Part shown: piece after piece, positions 41,804 through 50,602 of the stretch | How positions within the stretch are numbered: the first letter of the stretch is position 1 | How the letters are laid out: the number at the start of each line of letters is the position of its first letter | Assembly: GCA_963796275.1 (NCBI GenBank) | Contig: CAWCKY010000007.1 | Coordinates: forward strand, 896,001-960,000 | DNA from: an uncultured Acidobacteriota bacterium | GTDB lineage: Bacteria > Acidobacteriota > Blastocatellia > RBC074 | DNA length: 64,000 bases | Direction: 5' to 3' | Made by a program: the position numbers and the translations under genes | Notes under the pieces: generated by a model | Database searches by the model: none | What the model was told of the DNA's origin: nothing | What the model saw: only the letters and a program-made list of their open reading frames with translations

Positions 41804-42394
41804 CTATTCCGGAAGTTTCCCCTTCAATGCCTCAACTCGAAACGAGTTCATGGCAATGACGCTTCCCCATGCGGGCCCGATTCCAACAGCTGCCTCAAGC
41901 TTCTCAAAGTTGCCGTACCTTCGGGCGCGCTCCTTCCCATCGACGAGCACGCGCATCCCATTGGGATACATTTCCCAGGCTATGTCATGGTAGACGTTCG
42001 GCTCAATCTTTCCCTGGTTATCAACGCCGATTACCTCGTTCGTTGCAGGATCATGGAAGCGCAGTTCGTCTTCGTTCACTTCCCAGTTGAAAATCAGAAC
42101 CCCTGCGTTGTAGTAGAGGCGCAGATTCGTGGAATCCGTTTTCGCCTTGACGCGAAGCACGAACGGGGGTTTGTGCTCTTTTGCGGTTAGGACTTGCGCC
42201 CGATCATCGTCAGGCCCTTTCAAAACGATCGTGTTCTCCTGCTTGATTACCTCACAGCCCCACGTGCGAACAAGCTGCGGAAACTCGCCGGCTGGAACCG
42301 CAGGCAGCTGCTTCAGTGCATCCCCACTCTTTGATAGAGGGGGGAATGCAACCAAGAGGCACAGCACAAAGATGAACAACCCACTTACCGACAT
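41804..42394 (-). CDS. Hypothetical secreted protein, possibly ConA-like beta-sandwich
   Basis: GAGGAGG RBS before MSVSGLFIFVLCLLVAF (signal peptide); beta-rich pattern with MRVLVDGKE. Confidence 0.7.
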   Translation of the reverse strand: MSVSGLFIFVLCLLVAFPPLSKSGDALKQLPAVPAGEFPQLVRTWGCEVIKQENTIVLKGPDDDRAQVLTAKEHKPPFVLRVKAKTDSTNLRLYYNAGVLIFNWEVNEDELRFHDPATNEVIGVDNQGKIEPNVYHDIAWEMYPNGMRVLVDGKERARRYGNFEKLEAAVGIGPAWGSVIAMNSFRVEALKGKLPE

Positions 42395-42447
42395 GATGAT
42401 TCCTCCTCGATGAAAGTTCCAAACTACTCTTAGGCGGACGCCCAAAC

Positions 42448-42481
42448 TTCTTTTAGTGGAAACTCGTTTCCACTAAAAGAA
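42448..42481. repeat. Perfect 16-bp inverted repeat with 2-nt spacer (34 bp)
   Basis: TTCTTTTAGTGGAAAC-TC-GTTTCCACTAAAAGAA. Confidence 0.92.
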
Positions 42482-42687
42482 ACGACTTTCCGCGGATGGA
42501 AAGTTTCACCTTTTCACTAACTGAAAATTTTTGCTAACTGGCTTATTCACAAGAAGGAAGGCAAAGTGACAGGTGATTAAGCATAAATAAACGCCCATAC
42601 GAAAAGCGAACTATAGTGAAAACGATGTCCAGTGCTCAGCTAAGCAGGCAGCCTTAATGCATGAAAAAAAGTCACAATATCCCCTAT

Positions 42688-44244
42688 TTAACGTTTCGGT
42701 TCCACGAATTCTTTGATAAAGAGTTTGATTGTGGAAACTTCGGAGAGGGGAAACTTGATATTCAGGTCCAATGACGACAGAGGAACAAAGTAATAAGACC
42801 CGATCTCAAATTCCTCAAAATCCTTCTTATCGTTCTTATCGTTCTTATCCCTTTTTTTTCCTCCGCCATTAATGGTCAGGCCGAGATAGTAGTTGGGAAT
42901 ATCGAGGCTTTTTTTCGCGATCCATTGCGGGTTACTGGTGAATACTTCGTCCGCGTTCGGCTTGAAGCTCTCGCAGGAGACTTTGCCTTTCTTTATGATT
43001 AACCAGCAAGGAGAGTTGTTATCGGTGATGCGCCTCTGATCTTTATCAAGCTTCTCTCCGAAATTGACGCGAAACCTCGCTTCGCCACCGAGATCCAGCG
43101 CCTTGGTTGCGAGCTCGCGCGACAATACCGGGTCTTTGCGATAGTAGAGGTAGATCGCAGCCAACATCGAAATCGCTTCCGGCTTATCAGGTACCATCTC
43201 TCGCAACCGCTCGAGGATAGCCGTGGCATCATTGATCTTCTGTTCCGAAGCTTTTCCATCATTGAAGGGTCTGATCCGCTCGAGATGTTGATTAAACGAG
43301 CTGTAAAAGGTCGGTTTGTCCGGCTCTGCGATAGCGGTATATGCGCGCTGCAACTGGCCGCGGTAGCCTTCATCCGTCAGTCCTTTGCGGGTCACGCTCA
43401 AACGATAATCGCTCGATCTATTTGATCTATCGATGACACGCAGTGTGTATTCGCCTGCGGCAGGGAGGATCAATTGTCTGCTGGAAGGATCATCCGATTC
43501 GCCATCGGGCCCCATTTCAAGCGGATTCCCTGTTTGATCGATGACCTGAATTGACAGGTCCGCTGCCGGTTCGGATTGCAGATCGAATTGAATAATGTCG
43601 CCTCCGAGGGCGCCATCGAGCACGTACGAATGAAAGTATCCCTTCGTATTTTCAGCACAATAGGAAGTCGGTGGGCTGAGCTTTCCGGTTAATGAATCGT
43701 CGAACTTGATCCTCGGCAGCGTTGTCGGAGGAGGGTTGCAGATGCGCGCCTCTTCAGTGGAGGCGATCTTTTCGCGCGCGGATGCGACGAAGGAGGCCGA
43801 GCCGTTTTTCGCCAGATTAGTGATTGTGACGGATGCGAGGTTGAACACTAACCCATCGTGAGCGGGTATGATTTTATAATTACGTTTGCAAGGCAGTTTG
43901 TTAAATTTGTATGTGCCAGTTCCATCGGTTACGCCGCTGCTCTGGTCGGCATCGTCCATAGTCAAGGTTACAGCTGAGATCGGTTCGCCGCCTGGTGTGG
44001 TTACCTTGACATTAATCGTACAAGTATTCGCGGCTGTATTGCGCGATCGTGGCGGTTTTTGTCGCTGTCGTTCAGGTTTTGGTGGAACTACGGCAGGTTT
44101 GTTTTCCTGCGGGCTTCCACAGCTACCATCTTTATTCGGAGGTCTGCCTCCAGGGCATTGCGCGTTGGCATTGTCCGGGGAGACGGAGACAATCGCAAAC
44201 AACAGCAACAGGGATAATCTCCTCAGGAGGAATGAAAAAATCAT
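42688..44244 (-). CDS. Secreted multidomain protein (Ig/carboxypeptidase-regulatory-like, PPC-like, helical domains); last gene of the T6SS-like operon
   Basis: ATG overlaps the kinase TGA (ATGA coupling); signal peptide ending ANA-Q; GVTDGTGTYKF; LPAAGEYTLRV. Confidence 0.72.
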   Translation of the reverse strand: MIFSFLLRRLSLLLLFAIVSVSPDNANAQCPGGRPPNKDGSCGSPQENKPAVVPPKPERQRQKPPRSRNTAANTCTINVKVTTPGGEPISAVTLTMDDADQSSGVTDGTGTYKFNKLPCKRNYKIIPAHDGLVFNLASVTITNLAKNGSASFVASAREKIASTEEARICNPPPTTLPRIKFDDSLTGKLSPPTSYCAENTKGYFHSYVLDGALGGDIIQFDLQSEPAADLSIQVIDQTGNPLEMGPDGESDDPSSRQLILPAAGEYTLRVIDRSNRSSDYRLSVTRKGLTDEGYRGQLQRAYTAIAEPDKPTFYSSFNQHLERIRPFNDGKASEQKINDATAILERLREMVPDKPEAISMLAAIYLYYRKDPVLSRELATKALDLGGEARFRVNFGEKLDKDQRRITDNNSPCWLIIKKGKVSCESFKPNADEVFTSNPQWIAKKSLDIPNYYLGLTINGGGKKRDKNDKNDKKDFEEFEIGSYYFVPLSSLDLNIKFPLSEVSTIKLFIKEFVEPKR

Positions 44245-46586
44245 CTTGGTGTTATCTCTTTTGCGCAACGAAAACCTAATACTGCATAGGCGTTTCTGAC
44301 CTGGCTCAACGCGGACGGCTGATATTCACTACGGAATACTGCCGAAGCGTCTCGAGGCTGATCAAAATATGCGCCACCTCGGATGACTTTGCAAGGTTCG
44401 TCGCATTTCCCTGGTTCTGTTTGATAGGAGCTTCCCGGGTATACTTTGAAATCGCTAGACGTCCACTCCATAGCGTTACCTGACATGTCTGAGACACCGA
44501 ATGGGCTGTCTCCGCTCGGAAAACTGCCGACCGTCGAAAATCCGCCAATGGTATTGGCAATGTTCGCTCTTCCTGTTTCGAAAGCATCCCCCCAGGGATA
44601 TAACCTGCCGTCAGTGCCGCGCGCAGCGAATTCCCATTCTTCCTCGGTGGGCAGGCGCTTACCCAAAGACCTACAAAAACGGTCAGCCTTAACCCAGGTT
44701 ACACCAGTTGCGGGTAGTCTGTTTCCATCTTTATTCCGATCATTCCGGTATGCGCCGACAGTCACCTCATATTTGTCGATGAAAAACGGATTCACCGTCA
44801 CTTCGTGAGATGGCCCAGATTGATTATCGCTTGCCGCCGTGCCAAAACCCAATTTAAATGTTCCGCCGCGAATGTAGATCATCCCTTCAGGCGCGACCGG
44901 TTCAGCATCAGCCCGACCAGACTGGTTATTCGGGGCAGGCGGAACTGTCGAGGATGTAGGAGCTGTCGTATCGGCGGCAGGCGAGTTCGTCTTCGTTTCC
45001 GATATTTGATCGGCTTTGTTTCCCAACCAGATAAAAATCGCCACTATCAAAACGGCTACGGCTGCCACTGCCGCGTATACCAACCATCTGCTTTGATTGG
45101 GTATCTGTGTGCTGCATTCCGGGCAGAACTTAAGCAATAAGGATACGCGCGCACTGCAATTACTGCATGTCTGCTTGGTCTCTATGGCACGCCATCGTTG
45201 CGCCAGCTCACCGATTATACGTTTGACGGGTTTCAACAGATCAAATTGAGGGCGGATGTCTAACTGCATCGGAGCATATGCCTGTTTCCATACCTCGACT
45301 TTAAGCGGCGATTCGGCGGGTAGATATTTGGGATGTGTGACCCTGATGGCATATGAACCGGCAGCGATCGATTCTAAATAGAGTCTGCCGTTTTGATCGG
45401 TATTTCCATAGGACTTACCGGAAATCTCTACGCTCGCGTTCGGCACGTTGCAGGAAATAATCAATTCACCTATTTGCTTGCGCTCGAGCTTCGCAACGAC
45501 GGTCAATTCTTCATTGGGTTGGAGTTCTACTGATCTGTTCAGGGAGACGTAACGCGGTGATTCAACCTCGATCAGATACTGGCGCGGCGTCATATTTTTC
45601 TTACTCCACCACCCATCCTCTCCGGTACGTCCTTCGTGCTTGCCGTTCAGATATATCTCAGCTTGCGTAACGATCAGGCCGCTATTGTCGTCGACGCATT
45701 GAAGCACGATCTCGCTCATAGCGATGTTGGCCGCCTGCCTTAAGGCGCGCGCAAAATCGATCGCCGTAGGATAGCGATCGAGCGGTCTTTTTGCGATCGC
45801 TTTCAACACGACATCCTCGATCGCCTGGGGGATATCGGGGTGGATATCGCGCAGCGGCCGGGGCAGTATCGACCGGTGCATATCCATCACCTGCCCCTCG
45901 CTATCGCCCTCGAATGGGACCTGACCGGTCAGCAATTGATAGGTTATGATGCCGAGACTGTATATATCGGCGCCCTGATCGATCGGGCTGTGAGCAATGG
46001 TCTGCTCCGGTGAGATGTAGTATGACGTACCGGCCACGCGAGTGTTGGTTCCTATCGTCGTGCTGAGCACCTTGGCGATCCCGAAATCCAGTACGCGAAT
46101 ACTCTCTTCCCCGTTCTCCTCCCGAACGAGCATGATATTGCCCGGTTTCAGGTCTCGGTGAATGATCCCTTTCCTGTGAGCGTATGCCACGGCATCGGCG
46201 ATCTGATCGAGCATTTCGATCACGCGCTGAAGCGATGGGGCGCCGCTCGCTTTCAGCTCCTCGGCGAGCGTCAGCCCGTCTAGCCATTCCATCACCATAT
46301 ACGCCGAACCGTCCGGAGTATAATCGGCGCTGATGACCTTAATGATCATGGGATGACGTAATGCGACCGTCTTGGTGGCTTCTTCGAAGAAAAACCCGAC
46401 GCCCTCCTCATTGCTGATCGTCAGGTCGGGCCTCAGTATCTTTATGGCAACTCTGGCTTTGGTGATCTCGTGCTGCGCGCGGTAGACGACACCCATACCA
46501 CCGATTCCGATCAATTCCTGAATCTCGTATCGTTCCAGTATTGTGCCTACAAGTTTGTATGGGTCGCGTTTCACCTGTGAGTTCAT
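44241..46586 (-). CDS. Membrane Ser/Thr kinase: kinase-PEGA-zinc ribbon-TM-FGE/SUMF1 domain
   Basis: GIGGMGVVY, AIK, HRDLKPGNI, DFGIAK; CSNC...CPEC; TM WLVYAAVAAVAVLIVAIFIWL; FGE motifs RLPTEEEWEFAARG, DMSGNAMEW, GFRC. Confidence 0.92.
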   Translation of the reverse strand: MNSQVKRDPYKLVGTILERYEIQELIGIGGMGVVYRAQHEITKARVAIKILRPDLTISNEEGVGFFFEEATKTVALRHPMIIKVISADYTPDGSAYMVMEWLDGLTLAEELKASGAPSLQRVIEMLDQIADAVAYAHRKGIIHRDLKPGNIMLVREENGEESIRVLDFGIAKVLSTTIGTNTRVAGTSYYISPEQTIAHSPIDQGADIYSLGIITYQLLTGQVPFEGDSEGQVMDMHRSILPRPLRDIHPDIPQAIEDVVLKAIAKRPLDRYPTAIDFARALRQAANIAMSEIVLQCVDDNSGLIVTQAEIYLNGKHEGRTGEDGWWSKKNMTPRQYLIEVESPRYVSLNRSVELQPNEELTVVAKLERKQIGELIISCNVPNASVEISGKSYGNTDQNGRLYLESIAAGSYAIRVTHPKYLPAESPLKVEVWKQAYAPMQLDIRPQFDLLKPVKRIIGELAQRWRAIETKQTCSNCSARVSLLLKFCPECSTQIPNQSRWLVYAAVAAVAVLIVAIFIWLGNKADQISETKTNSPAADTTAPTSSTVPPAPNNQSGRADAEPVAPEGMIYIRGGTFKLGFGTAASDNQSGPSHEVTVNPFFIDKYEVTVGAYRNDRNKDGNRLPATGVTWVKADRFCRSLGKRLPTEEEWEFAARGTDGRLYPWGDAFETGRANIANTIGGFSTVGSFPSGDSPFGVSDMSGNAMEWTSSDFKVYPGSSYQTEPGKCDEPCKVIRGGAYFDQPRDASAVFRSEYQPSALSQVRNAYAVLGFRCAKEITPR

Positions 46587-46758
46587 AAACTATCGCCCTC
46601 AGGGGATCAAGAATAACTGAATGTCAATCAGTAGATAGGTGAAGAGGGCTGCGCAAAGCATATTATGGAAAAAAAAGGAGATACGCAAGTCCGACGACCG
46701 TCGGTTTGACGGTCCTGTTATATAGTTACTGCGCATGCCTCCATTCCAATAATAAAGA

Positions 46759-48996
46759 TTAATAAGGTATCTTCGCGATCTCGTTTCTCAACTTTCCTGC
46801 CCATTCGGATCCCAGAGCTTGAAGCTTGTTGTACTGACCGGTTGCTTCATTCCTGCGTCTCTGAGCAACATAAATCAGCCCCAGGTGATAGATGGCCAGC
46901 TCGTTCTGCGGATTAACGTCGATCAATCTCCGGTAAAAATCTCTGGCAATATCATGACCACGCGACTGAGCGAGGAATGCTTTCTGAGCGCAAGTATATG
47001 CTTCCAGGTATTTGACATCACGCCTGATCGCCTCTGCACATTGATTGGCGGCGACCTGATATTTAGCCTGGATGAGATAGATATTTCCGAGTTTCACGTA
47101 AACTATGGGATTCTGGAACCCGAGATTAATGGCCCGGTAATACTGCTCGATCGCCTTATGATAATTCTCCGGCATTCCCGAATAGGCGTCACCGAGCCGA
47201 AGGTTGGCAGCCACATCGCCAGGCCTGACCTTCAATATCTGCTGAAAAGAATTGGCAGCGCTCCTGTACTGTCGGCGGGCGAGAAAATAACTGCCGAGCT
47301 GATGGTACGCCTCCAATAACCCTTCCTGCGCGCTGCGGTTATTCCGTTGAAGGGCCAGCGCCTGCCTATAACTGTCGACTGCCTCCTGAAAACGCTTCGC
47401 CTTGAACGCCTGACCGGCCTTTGCCATCAAATCATCGAATGATTCCGGGCCAGCCGGAGTGGCAGATGGATCAGGTGAGGGTTTGGGATCGATATTCGCT
47501 TCGTCCCCAGTATTACCGGTTATGGGAGTTGGCTCGACGACCGGTGTTGGAGTTATATTCGTCGATTGGTTCTCATTAAACCATTTACGATATGCCCCAT
47601 AAACGACCAGCGAGAGGAATAGAACCAAAACAACCGGAGCGATAATTCGGGGAGAGCGCCATTCAATGCCTACCTTGGGCTCCATAGTAAGATCGAGGCT
47701 GTTCCGCTGCCATGCCTCGATTTCAATTGCGGCTTCTACAGGCTGATGTTTCGGGTGAATGAGCTTCACTCTATGTCGACCCGCATCTACCGAATCGGAA
47801 GTGAACCGCCGGTTGTCATCCGTCACTCCGATTCTTCTCCCGTCAAGCTCTACTCTGGCATTTGTTACATTACACTTTATCTCCAAACTTCCGCGAAGCT
47901 CCCGTTCGAGTTTGATTGCCACGACGAGTTCTTCCTGCGGCTCGAGCGTGAATGATTTTTGTGCGCTCCGGTAACGCGGGAATTCGATCTCAATCCGGTA
48001 TTCCCTGGGAGTCAGCTGCTCTAATCTCAATTCGCCGCTGGCATCGGTATTACCGGCGAACTTGCCGTTGAGATAGACGGAAGCGCCAGCCAGACGCGAC
48101 TGATCGGCGGCATCGGCGCACTCGACGATCAGCGTCGCCGGCTGGATGTTGGCCGCGCTGCGGAAAGCGCGCGCGAGTTCGGTCGCTGACTGATAGCGGT
48201 CTGCTGGTTTTTTGGCGAGCGCCTTGAGCACTACATCCTCGATAGCCTGCGGAATCTCGGGCTTGACTTCTCGCAGCGGCCTGGGAGATGCCTCGCAATG
48301 AAGCTTGATCATTTCCGGCATCGAGTCGGCATCGAACGGTTTCTCCCCGGTCAGCATTTGGTAGAGCACGATGCCGAGGCTGTAAATGTCCGCCCGGCGA
48401 TCTATCGCGGCGCCCTTGGTGAGTTGCTCGGGTGAAGTGTAGTAATAGGTACCGGCGACCTGTGTGTTTGTTCCGAGGGTCGCGTCTAGTACTTTGGCGA
48501 TGCCGAAATCCAGAATGCGTATCGTCTCTTCTTCGTGTTCATCGGACACCAGCATGATGTTGCCCGGTTTCAAGTCGCGGTGAATCACGCTCTTACTGTG
48601 GGCGTGTTCGACTGCCCCGCAGATTTGATCGAGCAATTTCGAAGCCCGTTCGATTGAGAGAGACCCGTGATCTTTCAGCTCGTCAAATAATGTGCGCCCG
48701 TCGAGCCATTCCATCACGAGATAAGCCCAGCCCTCTTCCGTTTGATCGACGTCATTGATGCGAATGATCGACGGGTGCCTCAAAGTAGCGGTATTTCTCG
48801 CTTCAGCCAGAAATGAGGTGACCATCTTCGGATCGCCGGCGAGCGTTGGATCGAGGACCTTCACGGCCACAACATACTCGCCGATTTCGTGCCGCGCACG
48901 GTAAACGACACTCATACCGCCCTGCCCGGCGAATTCCTCGATTCTGTACCGGTTCAGCTTCTCTCCGATTAAACCCAATGGGTCGCGTTTAGCCAT
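46759..48996 (-). CDS. Membrane Ser/Thr kinase: kinase-PEGA-TM-TPR
   Basis: GQGGMSVVY, AVK, HRDLKPGNI, DFGIAK; TM IIAPVVLVLFLSLVVYGAY; several C-terminal TPR helix pairs. Confidence 0.92.
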   Translation of the reverse strand: MAKRDPLGLIGEKLNRYRIEEFAGQGGMSVVYRARHEIGEYVVAVKVLDPTLAGDPKMVTSFLAEARNTATLRHPSIIRINDVDQTEEGWAYLVMEWLDGRTLFDELKDHGSLSIERASKLLDQICGAVEHAHSKSVIHRDLKPGNIMLVSDEHEEETIRILDFGIAKVLDATLGTNTQVAGTYYYTSPEQLTKGAAIDRRADIYSLGIVLYQMLTGEKPFDADSMPEMIKLHCEASPRPLREVKPEIPQAIEDVVLKALAKKPADRYQSATELARAFRSAANIQPATLIVECADAADQSRLAGASVYLNGKFAGNTDASGELRLEQLTPREYRIEIEFPRYRSAQKSFTLEPQEELVVAIKLERELRGSLEIKCNVTNARVELDGRRIGVTDDNRRFTSDSVDAGRHRVKLIHPKHQPVEAAIEIEAWQRNSLDLTMEPKVGIEWRSPRIIAPVVLVLFLSLVVYGAYRKWFNENQSTNITPTPVVEPTPITGNTGDEANIDPKPSPDPSATPAGPESFDDLMAKAGQAFKAKRFQEAVDSYRQALALQRNNRSAQEGLLEAYHQLGSYFLARRQYRSAANSFQQILKVRPGDVAANLRLGDAYSGMPENYHKAIEQYYRAINLGFQNPIVYVKLGNIYLIQAKYQVAANQCAEAIRRDVKYLEAYTCAQKAFLAQSRGHDIARDFYRRLIDVNPQNELAIYHLGLIYVAQRRRNEATGQYNKLQALGSEWAGKLRNEIAKIPY

Positions 48997-49024
48997 TTAT
49001 TACTCTAATTACTTATTACTCCGC

Positions 49025-50566
49025 TTACTCCGCTTTTCGTCTTCCGCCGGCAGACCGCTGAAAGATCAAGGTCGCCGCGCCCGCCAGCGATATCTCGTTC
49101 TTGTTTCGCAGTAATTGCCCATTCTCCTTCGGCACCGGCTGTCCATTCACGAATGTCCCATTCACGCTCTCGTCGATTATGTAGAAATCGCGATTCTCCT
49201 GCCAGATCAGGCAATGCCTGCGCGAGATAAGCCGTTTGCGATCGTTGATGACGATGTCTGCTTCACCGTCAACGGCACCGATGAGAGTTTCCGGCCCATC
49301 GAGCACAAAGGTCTCACCCTTGCACGGTCCATCGACGCATCTCAACTCCCAATTTCCGGGGCGAAAGAAAAAATAGAGGCCGAAGAACAACCCGGTAATT
49401 GCCAGGAGGGCGAACCCGATCCAAAAATAAGTGACCGAGGAACACCGTGATGCCCAAGAATCGATCTCTTTATCAAGTCTGGAAGCCAGCAGGTTAGATG
49501 AGTCTATCTGACGCGCCTGAACGATAGTCTCCTTGGCTATCTCGGACTCTTCACAATTTCGCGCAAAGAAAATATCTTTCGCGATGCCGATCTTCAGCAG
49601 AGCATCGAACCGGGAGACCAATCCTTGAAACTCCGAGAATCTGACTGAACCGTCTCTCGCTATCTTTAAAGCATCTGCCAGCCGGTCATCCCTTTCTGCG
49701 GAGTTAATCTGATCATAAAGGGATTTCTTATCGGCATCTTCCGCGATCTTGTCAAGATCTTCCTCGTGCTTCTTGATCTCTTCCTGCAGTCTCCCCCGCG
49801 CGCCGAGGTCCGTCGGATCCAAAAAATCTATCATCAAATTGTCGAGCGCGACCTGTCTCGTCGGATTCCCTTTTGCCTGATCATGTAGTTCCAGCAATCG
49901 CCGCATCCCCTCTTTCTTATCGTCATTAAGTGATGCTGACGATTCGCTCGGGCCAGATCGGCGTAAACTGAGTTCCTGTAGACCGCGCTCGGTCAAGGAC
50001 AACTCGACATGTACCGCCTGCTTCGGTCCTTCCCGGATAATCCGTTCGATCTTCACCAACCCTTTATCCTTCGCCCTGCGTACGGCCGATTCGATCGCGG
50101 CCTGATTGGGACCGGCCAAATCGAAGACGATCAGATCCTGGCTCGAATGTGGCGTCTTATCAGGATCCGCGATTATGTATCCCCGTTTGCGCAGTTCGGC
50201 CAGGACGGGCCGCCAGGTCTCAGGCTTCTCCACTCGCATGTTGGGTGGAAGTGATATCCCCTCGACCTGCGCGTAATGACGAATTACGCCTAGTTGATCG
50301 CTGGCCGCACGAAAACCGGATGTCAGACGCGTGCCGTTCGGCAAACAACATTCCACCAGCAGAGTGAAAGCTACAAAAACAGAAACGTTATCCTTCTCGA
50401 TGACATCCACGCCTCCCTGCTTCTGCTCCTTGGCCGTCTGACCGGAGACACGAGCGACGATCACAAAAGTAAAAAGACCAGGTGTGAAAACCAAAAAGAC
50501 AAAGAGAGGCATGAGAGGCAAATTTTTTTTGTCCCTTTTGCCCCTCTCTATCTTTCTCGTCTCCAT
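49025..50566 (-). CDS. Membrane protein with peptidase-M15-like N-domain and C-terminal FHA domain
   Basis: N-terminal hydrophobic segment; LTSGFR-x-x-x-x-Q, TPH...FD, VHVE; TM FWIGFALLAITGLFFGLYFFF; FHA motifs ISRRHC and SVNGTFVNG. Confidence 0.78.
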   Translation of the reverse strand: METRKIERGKRDKKNLPLMPLFVFLVFTPGLFTFVIVARVSGQTAKEQKQGGVDVIEKDNVSVFVAFTLLVECCLPNGTRLTSGFRAASDQLGVIRHYAQVEGISLPPNMRVEKPETWRPVLAELRKRGYIIADPDKTPHSSQDLIVFDLAGPNQAAIESAVRRAKDKGLVKIERIIREGPKQAVHVELSLTERGLQELSLRRSGPSESSASLNDDKKEGMRRLLELHDQAKGNPTRQVALDNLMIDFLDPTDLGARGRLQEEIKKHEEDLDKIAEDADKKSLYDQINSAERDDRLADALKIARDGSVRFSEFQGLVSRFDALLKIGIAKDIFFARNCEESEIAKETIVQARQIDSSNLLASRLDKEIDSWASRCSSVTYFWIGFALLAITGLFFGLYFFFRPGNWELRCVDGPCKGETFVLDGPETLIGAVDGEADIVINDRKRLISRRHCLIWQENRDFYIIDESVNGTFVNGQPVPKENGQLLRNKNEISLAGAATLIFQRSAGGRRKAE

Positions 50567-50587
50567 CTTATCTCCATTTGATTACCG

Positions 50588-50599
50588 TTATCGGACCCA
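50588..50599 (-). other. XerC-arm-like half site TGGGTCCGATAA
   Basis: In the 36-bp gap between the Clp and FHA genes; 11/12 identical to 23416-23427. Confidence 0.25.
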
Positions 50600-50602
50600 A
50601 GT

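Noticed and set aside
46648-46675. Further dif-like site GCTGCGCAAAGCATATTATGGAAAA
   Set aside because: Spacer length and both arms deviate too much.
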